Shown here: in pieces, positions 10,722 to 20,040 of the stretch | Position numbering within the stretch: position 1 is the first letter of the stretch | How the letters are laid out: each line of letters starts with the position of its first letter | DNA from: an uncultured Verrucomicrobiota bacterium | Lineage (GTDB): Bacteria; Verrucomicrobiota; Verrucomicrobiia; Limisphaerales; UBA9464 | Direction: 5' to 3' | Length of the DNA: 64,000 nt | NCBI GenBank assembly: GCA_903925515.1 | Contig: CAIYFP010000056.1 | Span: 924-64,923 of the forward strand | Notes under the pieces: model-generated | Seen by the model: only the letters and a program-made list of their open reading frames with translations | What the model was told of the DNA's origin: nothing | Databases searched by the model: none | Made by a program: the position numbers and the translations under genes

Positions 10722-12392
10722 ATGAAAGCTCCCGTCCTACCCAAGGCTGTCCTTCTTCTCGTCCTCGCCGCCTCGGGCGCGCCTGCCCTCGCCCAAGACT
10801 GGCCCCAATGGGGGGGCAACGATCCCGGCCGAAACATGTTCTCCCCGGCCAAGGGCCTCCCCGACCGATTCGAGCCCGGCAAGGTCAAGGCCGGCACGGA
10901 GGAAATCGACCTCTCCACCACCAAGAACGTGAAGTGGGTCGTCAAGCTCGGCTCCCAATCCTACGGCAACCCCGTCGTCGCCGGCGGCAAGGTCTTCGTC
11001 GGGACCAACAACGAATCCCCGCGCGACAAACGCCACGTCGGCGACCGATCCATCCTCATGGCCTTCGACGAGAAGTCCGGAGCCTTCCTCTGGCAGCTCG
11101 TCGTCCCCAAGCTCAAGTCCGGCAAGGTCAACGACTGGGAGAACCTCGGCCTCCTCGCCGCGCCACTCGTCGTCGGCAATCGCCTCTTCGTCGTCACCTC
11201 CCGCTGCGAGGTCCTCTGCCTCGACACCGACGGCCAACGCAATGGCAACGATGGACCCTACAAGGACGACGCCATCTACTCCGTCAAGGACACCCCCAAG
11301 GAGTCCGCACCCCCCGAGTTGCTACCCTCCGACGCCGACATCATCTGGCGCTATGACATGATGGACGAGCTCGGCGTGTTTCCCCACAACGCCTCCAATT
11401 GCTCCGTCATCCTGATCGATGGCGTCATCCACGTCTGCACCTCCAACGGCCAAGACTGGACCCACGTCAACATTCCTTCCCCCAACTCCCCGAGCTTCAT
11501 CGCCCTCGACGCCAAGACCGGCGCACTCCTCGCCGAGGACAACGCGGGCGTCGGCCCGCGGATCTTCCACGGCCAATGGACCTCCCCCTCCGCCGGCCGC
11601 GTGAATGGCAAGTGGCAGGTCTTCTACGGCGGCGGCGATGGCGTCGCCTACGCCTTCGACGTCACCCCGTCCAAGGGCTCAGGCCAACCCATCGTTCCCA
11701 TCCTCCCCGGAACACCCACCTCCCAGACCGAGGAAGCCGAGACTGCCTACCTCAAGAAGGTCTGGTGGGTGGACATCAACCCCCCCGAGTACAAGGCCAA
11801 GGACGGCAAGCCCATCAAGTACCCTGCCGCCGAGGGCCCCAGCGAGATCAACTCCACCCCGGTCTTCTACAAGAACCGCGTCTATGTCGCCTCCGGCCAA
11901 GACCCAGAACATGGCGAGGGCGTCGGACGCCTCGTCTGCATCGATGCCACCAAGACCGGCGACCTCACCCAGTCTGGCATCTTGTGGGAATACAAGGGCA
12001 TCAAGCGCTCCATCTCCACCTGCTCCATCGACCCCTCGACCGGCCTCCTCTTCATCGCCGACTTCTCCGGCTTCGTGCATTGCCTCGACGCCGAGTCCGG
12101 CAAGCTCCAGTGGGTCCATGACATGAAGGCCCACATGTGGGGCTCCACCTTTGTCGCCGACGGCAAGGTCTATGTCGGTGACGAGGACGGCGACTTCACC
12201 GTCCTCGCCGCCGACCGCACCCTGAAGGTCATCAGCGAGACCAACCTCGGCGCCCCCGTGTACAGCACCCCCATCGTCGCCAACGGAACCATGTACGTCG
12301 GCTCCCAAACCCACCTGTTCGCCATCGCCGCCGGTGCCACCCCAGCCGCAACCCTCGACAAGCCCCCCGGCAACATCGAACCCAAGAAGTAA
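10722..12392 (+). CDS. Secreted PQQ-like beta-propeller repeat protein
   Basis: The ATG at 10722 gives MKAPVLPKAVLLLVLAASGAPALAQDWPQWGG, a signal peptide followed by the typical WPQWGG start. Repeats include FDEKSGAFLWQL, LDAKTGALLAED and LDAESGKLQWVH. Confidence 0.8.
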   Translation: MKAPVLPKAVLLLVLAASGAPALAQDWPQWGGNDPGRNMFSPAKGLPDRFEPGKVKAGTEEIDLSTTKNVKWVVKLGSQSYGNPVVAGGKVFVGTNNESPRDKRHVGDRSILMAFDEKSGAFLWQLVVPKLKSGKVNDWENLGLLAAPLVVGNRLFVVTSRCEVLCLDTDGQRNGNDGPYKDDAIYSVKDTPKESAPPELLPSDADIIWRYDMMDELGVFPHNASNCSVILIDGVIHVCTSNGQDWTHVNIPSPNSPSFIALDAKTGALLAEDNAGVGPRIFHGQWTSPSAGRVNGKWQVFYGGGDGVAYAFDVTPSKGSGQPIVPILPGTPTSQTEEAETAYLKKVWWVDINPPEYKAKDGKPIKYPAAEGPSEINSTPVFYKNRVYVASGQDPEHGEGVGRLVCIDATKTGDLTQSGILWEYKGIKRSISTCSIDPSTGLLFIADFSGFVHCLDAESGKLQWVHDMKAHMWGSTFVADGKVYVGDEDGDFTVLAADRTLKVISETNLGAPVYSTPIVANGTMYVGSQTHLFAIAAGATPAATLDKPPGNIEPKK

Positions 12393-12393
12393 C

Positions 12394-12428
12394 CCCTCAC
12401 TCCTCACTCCTCACTCCTCACCTCTCAC
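12394..12428 (+). repeat. Five tandem heptamers (YCCTCAC) filling the intergenic space upstream of the ligase-like gene
   Basis: The units read ccctcac tcctcac tcctcac tcctcac ctctcac. They lie between the stop at 12390-12392 and the ATG at 12433. Confidence 0.9.
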
Positions 12429-12432
12429 GACC

Positions 12433-13515
12433 ATGCCCATCCCCACCGCATCTCCGGAGGCCATCGCCGCCGCCCGCGATCAACTCAACCAACACCTGCG
12501 CCAGACCATCGCATGGCACTTCGACCCCGCCACCGGCTCGCCCTTCTGGCTGGATTGGGCGTCCAAGAACTTTGACCCCCGCAAGGAGGTCCAGTCCGTC
12601 GAGGATCTCCTCAAGTTCCCCCATTTCCAGGACGAGTTCCTGCGCGACCTCCAGCCCGAGGTCTGGGTTCCCGCCGCGTTCAAGGGGCGCCCCTTCAACA
12701 TCTTCGAAACCGGCGGCACCACCGGCATGCCCAAGCAACGCATCGGCTGGGACGACTACAAGACCGACTACTCCGAGTTCAGCGACAAGATCAGCGACGC
12801 CCATTTCCCGCGCGGCGGCGCATGGCTCATGATGGGCCCCACCGGTCCACGCCGCCTCCGTCTCGCCATCGAGCACCTCGCCAACGTCCGCGGCTCCTCC
12901 TGCTACTTCATCGACCTGGACCCCCGCTGGGTGAAGAAGGTCCTCGCCGCCAAGAAGTACCAGGAAGCCAAGGACTACATGGCCCACGTCGTGGACCAAG
13001 CCGCCACCATCCTCAAGCACCGCAAGGTCTCCGGCCTCTTCACCACCCCCAAGCTCCTTGAGGCCATCGCCGAGAAGGTCAACCTCTGGGACGCCGGCAT
13101 CCGCGGCGTCTTCTGCGGCGGCACCTCCATGAAGCCCCAGGAAGTCCGCTTCATCGTCGAGGAACTCCTCGAAGGGCGCATCGGCTTCTACCCCACCTAC
13201 GGCAACACCCTCATGGGCCTCGCCGCCTCCGTCCCCCTCCAGCCCGAGGACCAGTTCTCCGTCACCTACTACGCCCCCCAGCCGCGCGCCATCCTCCGCG
13301 TCGTCAATCCCAACAACACCGCCGAGACCGTCCCCTACGGCGAGTTCGGCCGCGTCGAGCTCACCACCCTCACCAAGGAGTTCTTCATGCCCCGCTTCCT
13401 CGAGCGCGACGAGGCCATCCGCCGCGCCCCCCGCCCGCCCTACGCATGGGACGGCGTCGGCGACGTCCGGCCCTTCGGCGCCATGGAGAAAAACATCGTC
13501 GAGGGCGTGTACTAG
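12433..13515 (+). CDS. Adenylate-forming enzyme, PaaK/coenzyme F390 synthetase-like (ANL superfamily), short form
   Basis: The ATG at 12433 gives MPIPTASPEAIAAARDQL. FETGGTTGMPK resembles the SSGTTGKP phosphate-binding loop of PaaK-type ligases. At 360 aa it is shorter than the second PaaK-like gene in this window (410 aa). Confidence 0.55.
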   Translation: MPIPTASPEAIAAARDQLNQHLRQTIAWHFDPATGSPFWLDWASKNFDPRKEVQSVEDLLKFPHFQDEFLRDLQPEVWVPAAFKGRPFNIFETGGTTGMPKQRIGWDDYKTDYSEFSDKISDAHFPRGGAWLMMGPTGPRRLRLAIEHLANVRGSSCYFIDLDPRWVKKVLAAKKYQEAKDYMAHVVDQAATILKHRKVSGLFTTPKLLEAIAEKVNLWDAGIRGVFCGGTSMKPQEVRFIVEELLEGRIGFYPTYGNTLMGLAASVPLQPEDQFSVTYYAPQPRAILRVVNPNNTAETVPYGEFGRVELTTLTKEFFMPRFLERDEAIRRAPRPPYAWDGVGDVRPFGAMEKNIVEGVY

Positions 13516-13570
13516 CCAACGAGGGCGCGGGCCCACGCGGGCCGCGCGTCCGGACACCAGTCCGTTCCCC

Positions 13571-15586
13571 ATGATGGGCTCCACGATGAACCGCCACGGT
13601 CCCATCCCGCGCCGGTTCATCGGCTCCTTCGTCGCCGTCCTCGCATGGGCCTTGCCCGCCTCGTTCTCCGTCGCGGCCGACTTCTGGTCCGATCACGTCG
13701 AACCCGTCCTTCGCGAGCACTGCGTCGAGTGCCATAGCCAGACCAAGAGCAAGGGCGGCCTCGACCTCAGCACCTTCCAGCTCGCCCTTCGCGGCGGCGC
13801 CCGTGGCCCGGGTTTCGTTCCCGGCCGGCCCGACGACAGCAATCTCTACGTCTTCCTCAAGGCGGGCGCCGACCCGCACATGCCCCCCAGGCGCCAGTTG
13901 TCCAACGAGCACATCGCCCTTGTCCGAACCGGCATCGAGAAGGCGGGGGCGATCAAGCCTTCGGACGCTGCTTCCGCCGCCTGGACCTCCCCGGCGCCGC
14001 AGAAGCCCCGCGTCCCCGCATGGGTTCCGCCAACGAACATGGCCCCGTCGGACGTCATCGACGACTTCGTCGAACGCGGATGGAAGGAACGCCGCGCTCG
14101 CCCGGCCGCCATGGCCTCCGACAACGCCTTTCTCCGGCGCGTGTACCTTGATCTCCTTGGGAGAATACCCTCGCCGGACGAGTCCGTCGCCTTCCATCGG
14201 CTCAAGCCCCGCAAGCGCCGCGCCGCACTTGTCGAATCCCTTCTCCAAAACCCCGAGCACGCACGCCACCTCGCCGAGGTCTTCGACTACGTGCTGATGC
14301 GCCGCCCGGGCAAGGGGCTGGAGGATCAACGCCGCGCCCAGGGTTGGCTCGGCTTCCTCGAATCCAGCTTCCAGCGCAACCGCCCATGGAACGACGTCGT
14401 CCGAGACATCATCGTCGCTCGGCCCGCCCAGCCCTCCGAACGCGGCCTGGTCCAGTTCCTCTACGAACGCCAAAACAATCCCCAGGCCATGGCCGAGGCC
14501 CTCGCGCCCGTCGTGTTCGGCGTCCAAATCCAGTGCGCCCAATGCCATGACCACATGGTCGCCCGCGAGATCAAGCAGGCCCACTACTGGGGCATGGTCG
14601 CCGCCTTCAACCGCACCAAGAACGTCGATGCCGACTCCGGCCCCGGCCTCGCCGAGTCCGCCATCGGCGGCTTCGTCAGCTTCGCCAACCTCCGCAAGGA
14701 ATCGCAGCCCGCGCGCATGGTCTTCTTCAACGGCCGGTCCATCGACGAGCCATGGCCCGCCGAGGGCATCAAGGAAGTCGATGCCCCCGAGAAGTACCGC
14801 GTGCCGCCCCCGCCCGACAAACAGAAGCCCGTTGCCCCGGCCGTGCCCGTCTTCTCCCGACGCGAGGCCCTCGCCGATGCCGTCACCCGCGACAACCCCC
14901 TCCTCGCCCGCGCCACCGTCAACCGCGTCTGGGCCCTGCTCTTCGGCCGCGGGCTCGTCCACCCCGTGGACCTGATGGACTCCAAGCATCCGCCCAGCCA
15001 TCCCGACCTCCTCGACTGGCTCGCCTCGGACTTCGAGCAGCACCAGTTCGACATCCGCCGCCTCGTCCGCAGCATCGTGCTCTCCCGGGCCTACCAACTC
15101 GACTCCCGCCCCGCGTCGAAGAACGCCCCGCCCGACGACGCCTTCGCGCGCGCCCTCGAAAAGCCCTTGTCCGCCGAGCAACTCCTTCGCTCCCTGCTCA
15201 TCGCAACCGGCAATCTCGTCAGCAAGGACGGCAAGGTCGCCGGCCTCGCCGAGGCCGACCTTCGCCGTGCCTTCGTCCGGCAGTTCCCCGACCTCTTCAC
15301 GCCCGAGTACAACGCCACGCTCCAGCAGGCCATGTTCCTCTCCAACTCGCCGTTGCTCGACGCCTTGCTCGCGCCCCGCGACGGCAACCTCGCGGCCCAA
15401 CTCAATACCCTTCCCGACGACCGCCGCCGCGTCGTCGCTGCCTTCCAGTCCGTGCAAGGCCGCTCGCCCGAGGCCGACGAGCTGAAGGCGTCCCTTGCGT
15501 ATCTCACGGCCCACCCGGGCGAAGGCGGCCGGAAACAACTCCTCTGGGCGTTGCTCACCAGCACGGAGTTCATGGTGAACCACTGA
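13571..15586 (+). CDS. PSCyt (planctomycete cytochrome c)/DUF1549/DUF1553 family protein
   Basis: It has a signal peptide and then DHVEPVLREHCVECHS (CxxCH). A second motif, VFGVQIQCAQCHDH, is typical of the DUF1549 region. The C-terminal ...LLWALLTSTEFMVNH ending is typical of DUF1553. Confidence 0.8.
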   Translation: MMGSTMNRHGPIPRRFIGSFVAVLAWALPASFSVAADFWSDHVEPVLREHCVECHSQTKSKGGLDLSTFQLALRGGARGPGFVPGRPDDSNLYVFLKAGADPHMPPRRQLSNEHIALVRTGIEKAGAIKPSDAASAAWTSPAPQKPRVPAWVPPTNMAPSDVIDDFVERGWKERRARPAAMASDNAFLRRVYLDLLGRIPSPDESVAFHRLKPRKRRAALVESLLQNPEHARHLAEVFDYVLMRRPGKGLEDQRRAQGWLGFLESSFQRNRPWNDVVRDIIVARPAQPSERGLVQFLYERQNNPQAMAEALAPVVFGVQIQCAQCHDHMVAREIKQAHYWGMVAAFNRTKNVDADSGPGLAESAIGGFVSFANLRKESQPARMVFFNGRSIDEPWPAEGIKEVDAPEKYRVPPPPDKQKPVAPAVPVFSRREALADAVTRDNPLLARATVNRVWALLFGRGLVHPVDLMDSKHPPSHPDLLDWLASDFEQHQFDIRRLVRSIVLSRAYQLDSRPASKNAPPDDAFARALEKPLSAEQLLRSLLIATGNLVSKDGKVAGLAEADLRRAFVRQFPDLFTPEYNATLQQAMFLSNSPLLDALLAPRDGNLAAQLNTLPDDRRRVVAAFQSVQGRSPEADELKASLAYLTAHPGEGGRKQLLWALLTSTEFMVNH

Positions 15587-15590
15587 ACCC

Positions 15591-16943
15591 ATGCCGGACT
15601 CCATGGACATCGCCTCCACCACGCCCGGGCTCGCCGGTTCCCTGTGCGGCCAGCCCGACCATGTCCTGCATCGGCGCAAGTTCCTCACCGGGATGGCAAC
15701 GGCCGGCGCGGTCTCGCTCTCAAGCTGGGCCGGCCTGTTCTCCCTCCCGGCGTTTGCCCAGCAGGCCAAGCGTACCGCCAAGCGTTGCATCCTTCTTTGG
15801 CTTTGCGGCGCGCCCAGCCAGTTCGAGACATGGGATCCCAAGCCCGGGCGCATCACCGGAGGACCCTTCCATGCCATCCCCACCAAGCTTCCCGGCGTCC
15901 AGTTTGGCGAGCTCATGTCCAAGTGCGCCACCATCGCCGACAAGCTCGCGGTCGTCCGCTGCATGAAGACCGACCAGAACGAGCATCTCCAGGCCATCAA
16001 CCTCCTCCAGCGAGGCGCCGCCCCGCGCCCGCCCTTCATTCGTCCCACACTCGGCTCCGTGCTCGCCCAGCAGCTCGGTCACCTCGAAAACCCCGTCCCC
16101 AACTTCATCCTCCTCGACCCCTGCCCCGAGGGAAACGAGTTCCGGGAGTTCAAGGCTGGCAACTGGGCCGGCTGGCTCGGAGCCCAGTACGGCCCCGTTC
16201 GCGTCGGCGGCGACTACAAGATCGAGGACGTCGCGCGCGTCGCCGACCTCGCGTCCGACGACCATGAGGCCCGCAACGCCCTCCGCCGCTTCCTCACGCG
16301 CAAGTTCGAGAACGAGCGCAAGTCCGCCGCCGCCGCGTCCCAGAACGCCGTCTTCGAGCGCGTAAAGGGCCTCATGAGCTGCGCCCACCTCTTCGATCTC
16401 GAACAAATCCCCCTCCAGGACCGGCAACGCTACGGCCCCGGCGCCTTCGCCACCCACGCCCTCCAAGCCCGCCATCTCGTCGAGAACGGCGCCCCCTTCG
16501 TCATGGTCTCCAACGGCATGCCGTGGGACAGCCATGTCTTCCACAACGAGATCTACCAGATGCTCACCCCCGAGCTGGACAACGTCCTCTTCCAGCTCGT
16601 CACCGACCTTGATCAACGCGGCCTCCTCGACTCCACCCTCGTCGTCGCCATGGGCGAGTTCGGCCGCACCCCATGGCTCAACCAAGCCCGCGGTCGCGAC
16701 CACTACGACAAGGCATGGTCCCTCATGCTCGCCGGGTGCGGCATCCAGCGTGGCGTCGTCGTGGGCGGCACCGACCCCGACGGCGTCCACGTGGACGGCG
16801 CGGCCTTCAACGAGAAGAACCTCTTCGCCACCCTCTTCTCCGCCCTCGGCATCGATCCCCACGCCCCCTACGACCTCGGCGACCTCCCCACGTTCCACCG
16901 GGTCGAGGACCGCGCCGAACCCATCCGTGCCGTGTTGGCCTGA
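15591..16943 (+). CDS. DUF1501 family protein (sulfatase/alkaline-phosphatase-like, Tat signal)
   Basis: It starts 4 nt after the previous stop. HRRKFLTGMATAGAVSL is a Tat-like signal. ILLWLCGAPSQFETWDPKPG and GEFGRTP are hallmark DUF1501 segments. Confidence 0.8.
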   Translation: MPDSMDIASTTPGLAGSLCGQPDHVLHRRKFLTGMATAGAVSLSSWAGLFSLPAFAQQAKRTAKRCILLWLCGAPSQFETWDPKPGRITGGPFHAIPTKLPGVQFGELMSKCATIADKLAVVRCMKTDQNEHLQAINLLQRGAAPRPPFIRPTLGSVLAQQLGHLENPVPNFILLDPCPEGNEFREFKAGNWAGWLGAQYGPVRVGGDYKIEDVARVADLASDDHEARNALRRFLTRKFENERKSAAAASQNAVFERVKGLMSCAHLFDLEQIPLQDRQRYGPGAFATHALQARHLVENGAPFVMVSNGMPWDSHVFHNEIYQMLTPELDNVLFQLVTDLDQRGLLDSTLVVAMGEFGRTPWLNQARGRDHYDKAWSLMLAGCGIQRGVVVGGTDPDGVHVDGAAFNEKNLFATLFSALGIDPHAPYDLGDLPTFHRVEDRAEPIRAVLA

Positions 16944-16954
16944 CCCCTGCATCC

Positions 16955-18043
16955 ATGGCCGATCCCAACCCATCCTCGGAAACCCCGGCGCCCAAGCTGG
17001 CCAAGGTCCGCGAAATCAAGCTCCCCGCCGCCGCACTCGCCCTCGAGGTCGCACCCGATGGAAAGGCCCTCTTCGTCGCCTGCCTCGACGGCTCCATCCT
17101 CCGCATCGACCCCGATTCCGGCCAACGGGCCGAGCTGGCGCGGCACGATTCCTACGCCAGCGGCGTGGCCCTCGTGGACAAGGGCGCCGCTCTTGTCTCG
17201 GCCGGCTACGACGGCGCGTTGCTCTGGCATGACCTCGCCGCCCGGAAGATCATCCGGCGCATCAAGGCTCACGACTTCTGGTCATGGGATCTCGCAGCCT
17301 CGCCCGACGGCTCGCGCGTCGCGTCCGTCACCGGCCAATACCTCGCCGGCGACTACCGCTATTCCCCGGCCCCGGAACGCGAGCCCTCCGTGAAGGTCTT
17401 CGACAGCAAGACCGGCGAACTCCTCCATGCCCTCCCCCATGTCCCGCCCGTGCAGGCCGTGGCGTTCTCACCCGACAACCGCCACCTCGCGGCGGCCAAC
17501 CTCATGGGCCAGTTCCGCGTCTGGGAACTCCCCTCCGCGATGCTGGCCTCCCAATGGAAGACCGACGACCTCACGAGCTGGGGCGTGATCAAGAGCCACC
17601 ACTTTCTCGGCGGCGTGTTCGCCATGGAGTTCAGCCCGGACGGCGCCTCCCTCTACGCCTGCGGCATGGGCCCCATGCGCGATCCCATGGCCGGGAACGG
17701 CGTGCAACGCTGGCAACGCTTCGACTGGCGCAACGGAACCCAGCTCGACCAAACCCACGAGGGCGAGGGCGGCCAAGGCCTGATGGAAGCCCTCGCGTTT
17801 CATCCCGCCGGAAAACTCTTCCTCATGGCCGGCCGCCTCTTCCAAGGCACATGGAACCTCGCCCTCTTCGACGCCGCCTCCGGCAAGAACGTCTTCAGCA
17901 CCGACGCCAAGCAACGGATCACCGACGCCCGCTTCAGCCCCGACGGCTCCCGCCTCTTCCTGGCCAAGGCCCGCCACCAGGAACTCAAGGACGGCAAGTG
18001 GCTCGACTTCGGCTCCATCGAGGTCCATTCCCTCGCCCCCTGA
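16955..18043 (+). CDS. WD40/beta-propeller repeat protein (no signal peptide seen)
   Basis: The ATG at 16955 gives MADPNPSSETP, 11 nt after the DUF1501 stop. Repeats include SAGYDGALLWHDL, ASPDGSRVASVTG, FSPDNRHLAAANLMGQFRVWEL and FSPDGSRLFLA. Confidence 0.7.
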   Translation: MADPNPSSETPAPKLAKVREIKLPAAALALEVAPDGKALFVACLDGSILRIDPDSGQRAELARHDSYASGVALVDKGAALVSAGYDGALLWHDLAARKIIRRIKAHDFWSWDLAASPDGSRVASVTGQYLAGDYRYSPAPEREPSVKVFDSKTGELLHALPHVPPVQAVAFSPDNRHLAAANLMGQFRVWELPSAMLASQWKTDDLTSWGVIKSHHFLGGVFAMEFSPDGASLYACGMGPMRDPMAGNGVQRWQRFDWRNGTQLDQTHEGEGGQGLMEALAFHPAGKLFLMAGRLFQGTWNLALFDAASGKNVFSTDAKQRITDARFSPDGSRLFLAKARHQELKDGKWLDFGSIEVHSLAP

Positions 18044-18077
18044 ACACCCGCGCCCACACCCGGCGCACGTCCACGCC

Positions 18078-19061
18078 TCACTTCTCAAGGAACTTGACCA
18101 CCGCCTCCGTCCGCGTGCGCGCCCCAAGCTTCTCAAACACATGCTTCAGGTGCGTGTGCACCGTCAGCGGGCTGATCCCCAGCTCCGCGGCGATCTCCTT
18201 GTCGTGAAGTCCGCGCTGCAACCCAGCCAGCACCTGCCTCTGGCGCATCGTCAAGGATCCCCGCCCTGTTTCCTGCCCCACCCCCGCCGAATCATGGAAC
18301 AACCCTTGGCAGTATCGACGGATCGACCTCCCCGCCTCCTCCCTCGCAAGCCGCCCCCCAAAAAACGCGCCGTCCAATGGCTCCAGCAGCGCCCCAATCC
18401 CCCGCCGTCTCAGGAGGTAGCCCGCGTCCAGCCCGCTGAACGACATGAAAATGTGGTCGCTCGTCGGGTAAATCCCGTAGGGAAGAACCAGCATGCCGCC
18501 TCCTTCCCGGCGAACCCCCTGACGGCGCGGCACACCCAACTCGCCCTGCGCGCGATTCACCAAAACCACGTCCACGCCGGCAACCCGACGTGCCCCCTCC
18601 ATGTCCGGATGCCCGCTCGGCTCGCACCCATCGCGCGTCCCCATCGCCCGCACGATCGCCGTCCGAAAAACCGGGTCCTTCTCCACCACGGCAACCCTCA
18701 ATCCCACCCCCCTCCCACCGACCCTCATCCGTCCGTCTCGCCCGCCCGCAAACAGCGTTGTGTACGTGCACGCCAACGGTGCCTCCAGCCAGAAAACCGC
18801 CAACGTGAACTCCCTCGCCTCCGTCCCCTCGTCCCATCCCTTCCGTGCAACCCGCGCCGCCAACTCCATGCCCCTCGCCTTGGCGGTCGCCTCGTCCTTC
18901 GTCGAAAGCGGCGCATACCAACCCCCGCCCCCGTTCGCGTCCGGCACCCACTGGCTCCACTCCTCAACCCCAAGCGGACGCAACCCCGCAACGTGTCGCC
19001 GCCGTACCGGCCATGGCAGCCCCTTGTTACTCCGGATGGGGGATTCCCCCGAACTTCTCAT
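18078..19061 (-). CDS. LuxR/FixJ-type transcriptional regulator with degenerate receiver-like domain
   Basis: The C-terminal LTMRQRQVLAGLQRGLHDKEIAAELGISPLTVHTHLKHVFEKLG is a LuxR-type HTH. The central LRVAVVEKDPVFRTAIVRAM...VDVVLVNRAQ is receiver-like but lacks the usual acidic residues. I preferred the ATG at 19061; a GTG at 19130 is an alternative. Confidence 0.7.
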   Translation of the reverse strand: MRSSGESPIRSNKGLPWPVRRRHVAGLRPLGVEEWSQWVPDANGGGGWYAPLSTKDEATAKARGMELAARVARKGWDEGTEAREFTLAVFWLEAPLACTYTTLFAGGRDGRMRVGGRGVGLRVAVVEKDPVFRTAIVRAMGTRDGCEPSGHPDMEGARRVAGVDVVLVNRAQGELGVPRRQGVRREGGGMLVLPYGIYPTSDHIFMSFSGLDAGYLLRRRGIGALLEPLDGAFFGGRLAREEAGRSIRRYCQGLFHDSAGVGQETGRGSLTMRQRQVLAGLQRGLHDKEIAAELGISPLTVHTHLKHVFEKLGARTRTEAVVKFLEK

Positions 19062-19153
19062 GGTTGCACCCTTCTCTGCGACGGTGTCCGCTCTCCCCGG
19101 TCGTGCCACGGCAAGCCCGCGCTTGTTCACGCAAACGGCACCACGGCAACGAC

Positions 19154-20026
19154 ATGGCTCGCGTACCCTCGAATTACATGATGAATACCGCGTTCAAGCG
19201 CCTCGCGTTCCGGCGGCCCACCCCGCCGTCTCACGCCATCGCCTTCACCCTCATCGAGTTGCTCGTCGTCATCGCGATCATCGCGATCCTCGCCGGCATG
19301 ATTCTCCCCGCCCTCTCCAAGGCCAAGTCCAAAGGCCAGCAGGCCCGCTGCATCAGCAACCTCAAGCAGGTCAGCATCGGCACCACCATGTACGCCACCG
19401 ACTTCAACGACACCTTCCACAACATCGGCGGCGCCGTCCCCAACCACGGGCAGTGGAGCCGAACCCCCGCCACCACCGACCTCCTCCCCGCCTCCGACGG
19501 CCTCGCCTACTGGGGCGTTGCCTACATCAAGTACTTCGGCGGCTCCCGACGCGTCTTCCGCTGCCCCGGCGCCAAGATCGTCGATCAGTGGCGCGAGGAC
19601 GGCCTCCGTTACCCGGCCGACTTCTGGCTCGACTCCTCCTACGGCATCAACGCCTACGTCACCCAACCCCCCGTCCCCGGCAACCCCACCAGCCGCCTCT
19701 CGGGCCCGCGCAAGCTCACCGACTACCAAAGCCCCCAGACCATGATCTTCGCCCAGGACGCCGCCGAGCAACGCATGGACGGCGCCGATGACATGCTCGG
19801 CCTCTTCCCCGGCAGCACCGAGATCCTCACCCAATGGCGCTACGGCTCCCTCCCCACCCTCTATCCCGGCGTCAACTTCCTGTGGGAATGGTACCGCCAC
19901 AACAAGCGCTGCGACACCCTCTGGGTCCCCGGCAACGTCTCCTCCATCCGCTACAACGACGCCCGCAGGGGCGTGGACTTCCGCTGGTACACCGGCGTCG
20001 CTCCCATCGAACAACCCTCATTCTAA
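19154..20026 (+). CDS. Prepilin-type N-terminal cleavage/methylation domain protein (DUF1559/H-X9-DG-like pseudopilin)
   Basis: AFTLIELLVVIAIIAILAGMILPALSKAKSKGQQARCISNLKQ is the classic pseudopilin N-terminus. Near the C-terminus, HNKRCDTLWVPG is an H-X9-PG variant of H-X9-DG. The start is ambiguous (ATG at 19154, 19178 or 19181). Confidence 0.8.
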   Translation: MARVPSNYMMNTAFKRLAFRRPTPPSHAIAFTLIELLVVIAIIAILAGMILPALSKAKSKGQQARCISNLKQVSIGTTMYATDFNDTFHNIGGAVPNHGQWSRTPATTDLLPASDGLAYWGVAYIKYFGGSRRVFRCPGAKIVDQWREDGLRYPADFWLDSSYGINAYVTQPPVPGNPTSRLSGPRKLTDYQSPQTMIFAQDAAEQRMDGADDMLGLFPGSTEILTQWRYGSLPTLYPGVNFLWEWYRHNKRCDTLWVPGNVSSIRYNDARRGVDFRWYTGVAPIEQPSF

Positions 20027-20040
20027 GGCGTCCCATCACC

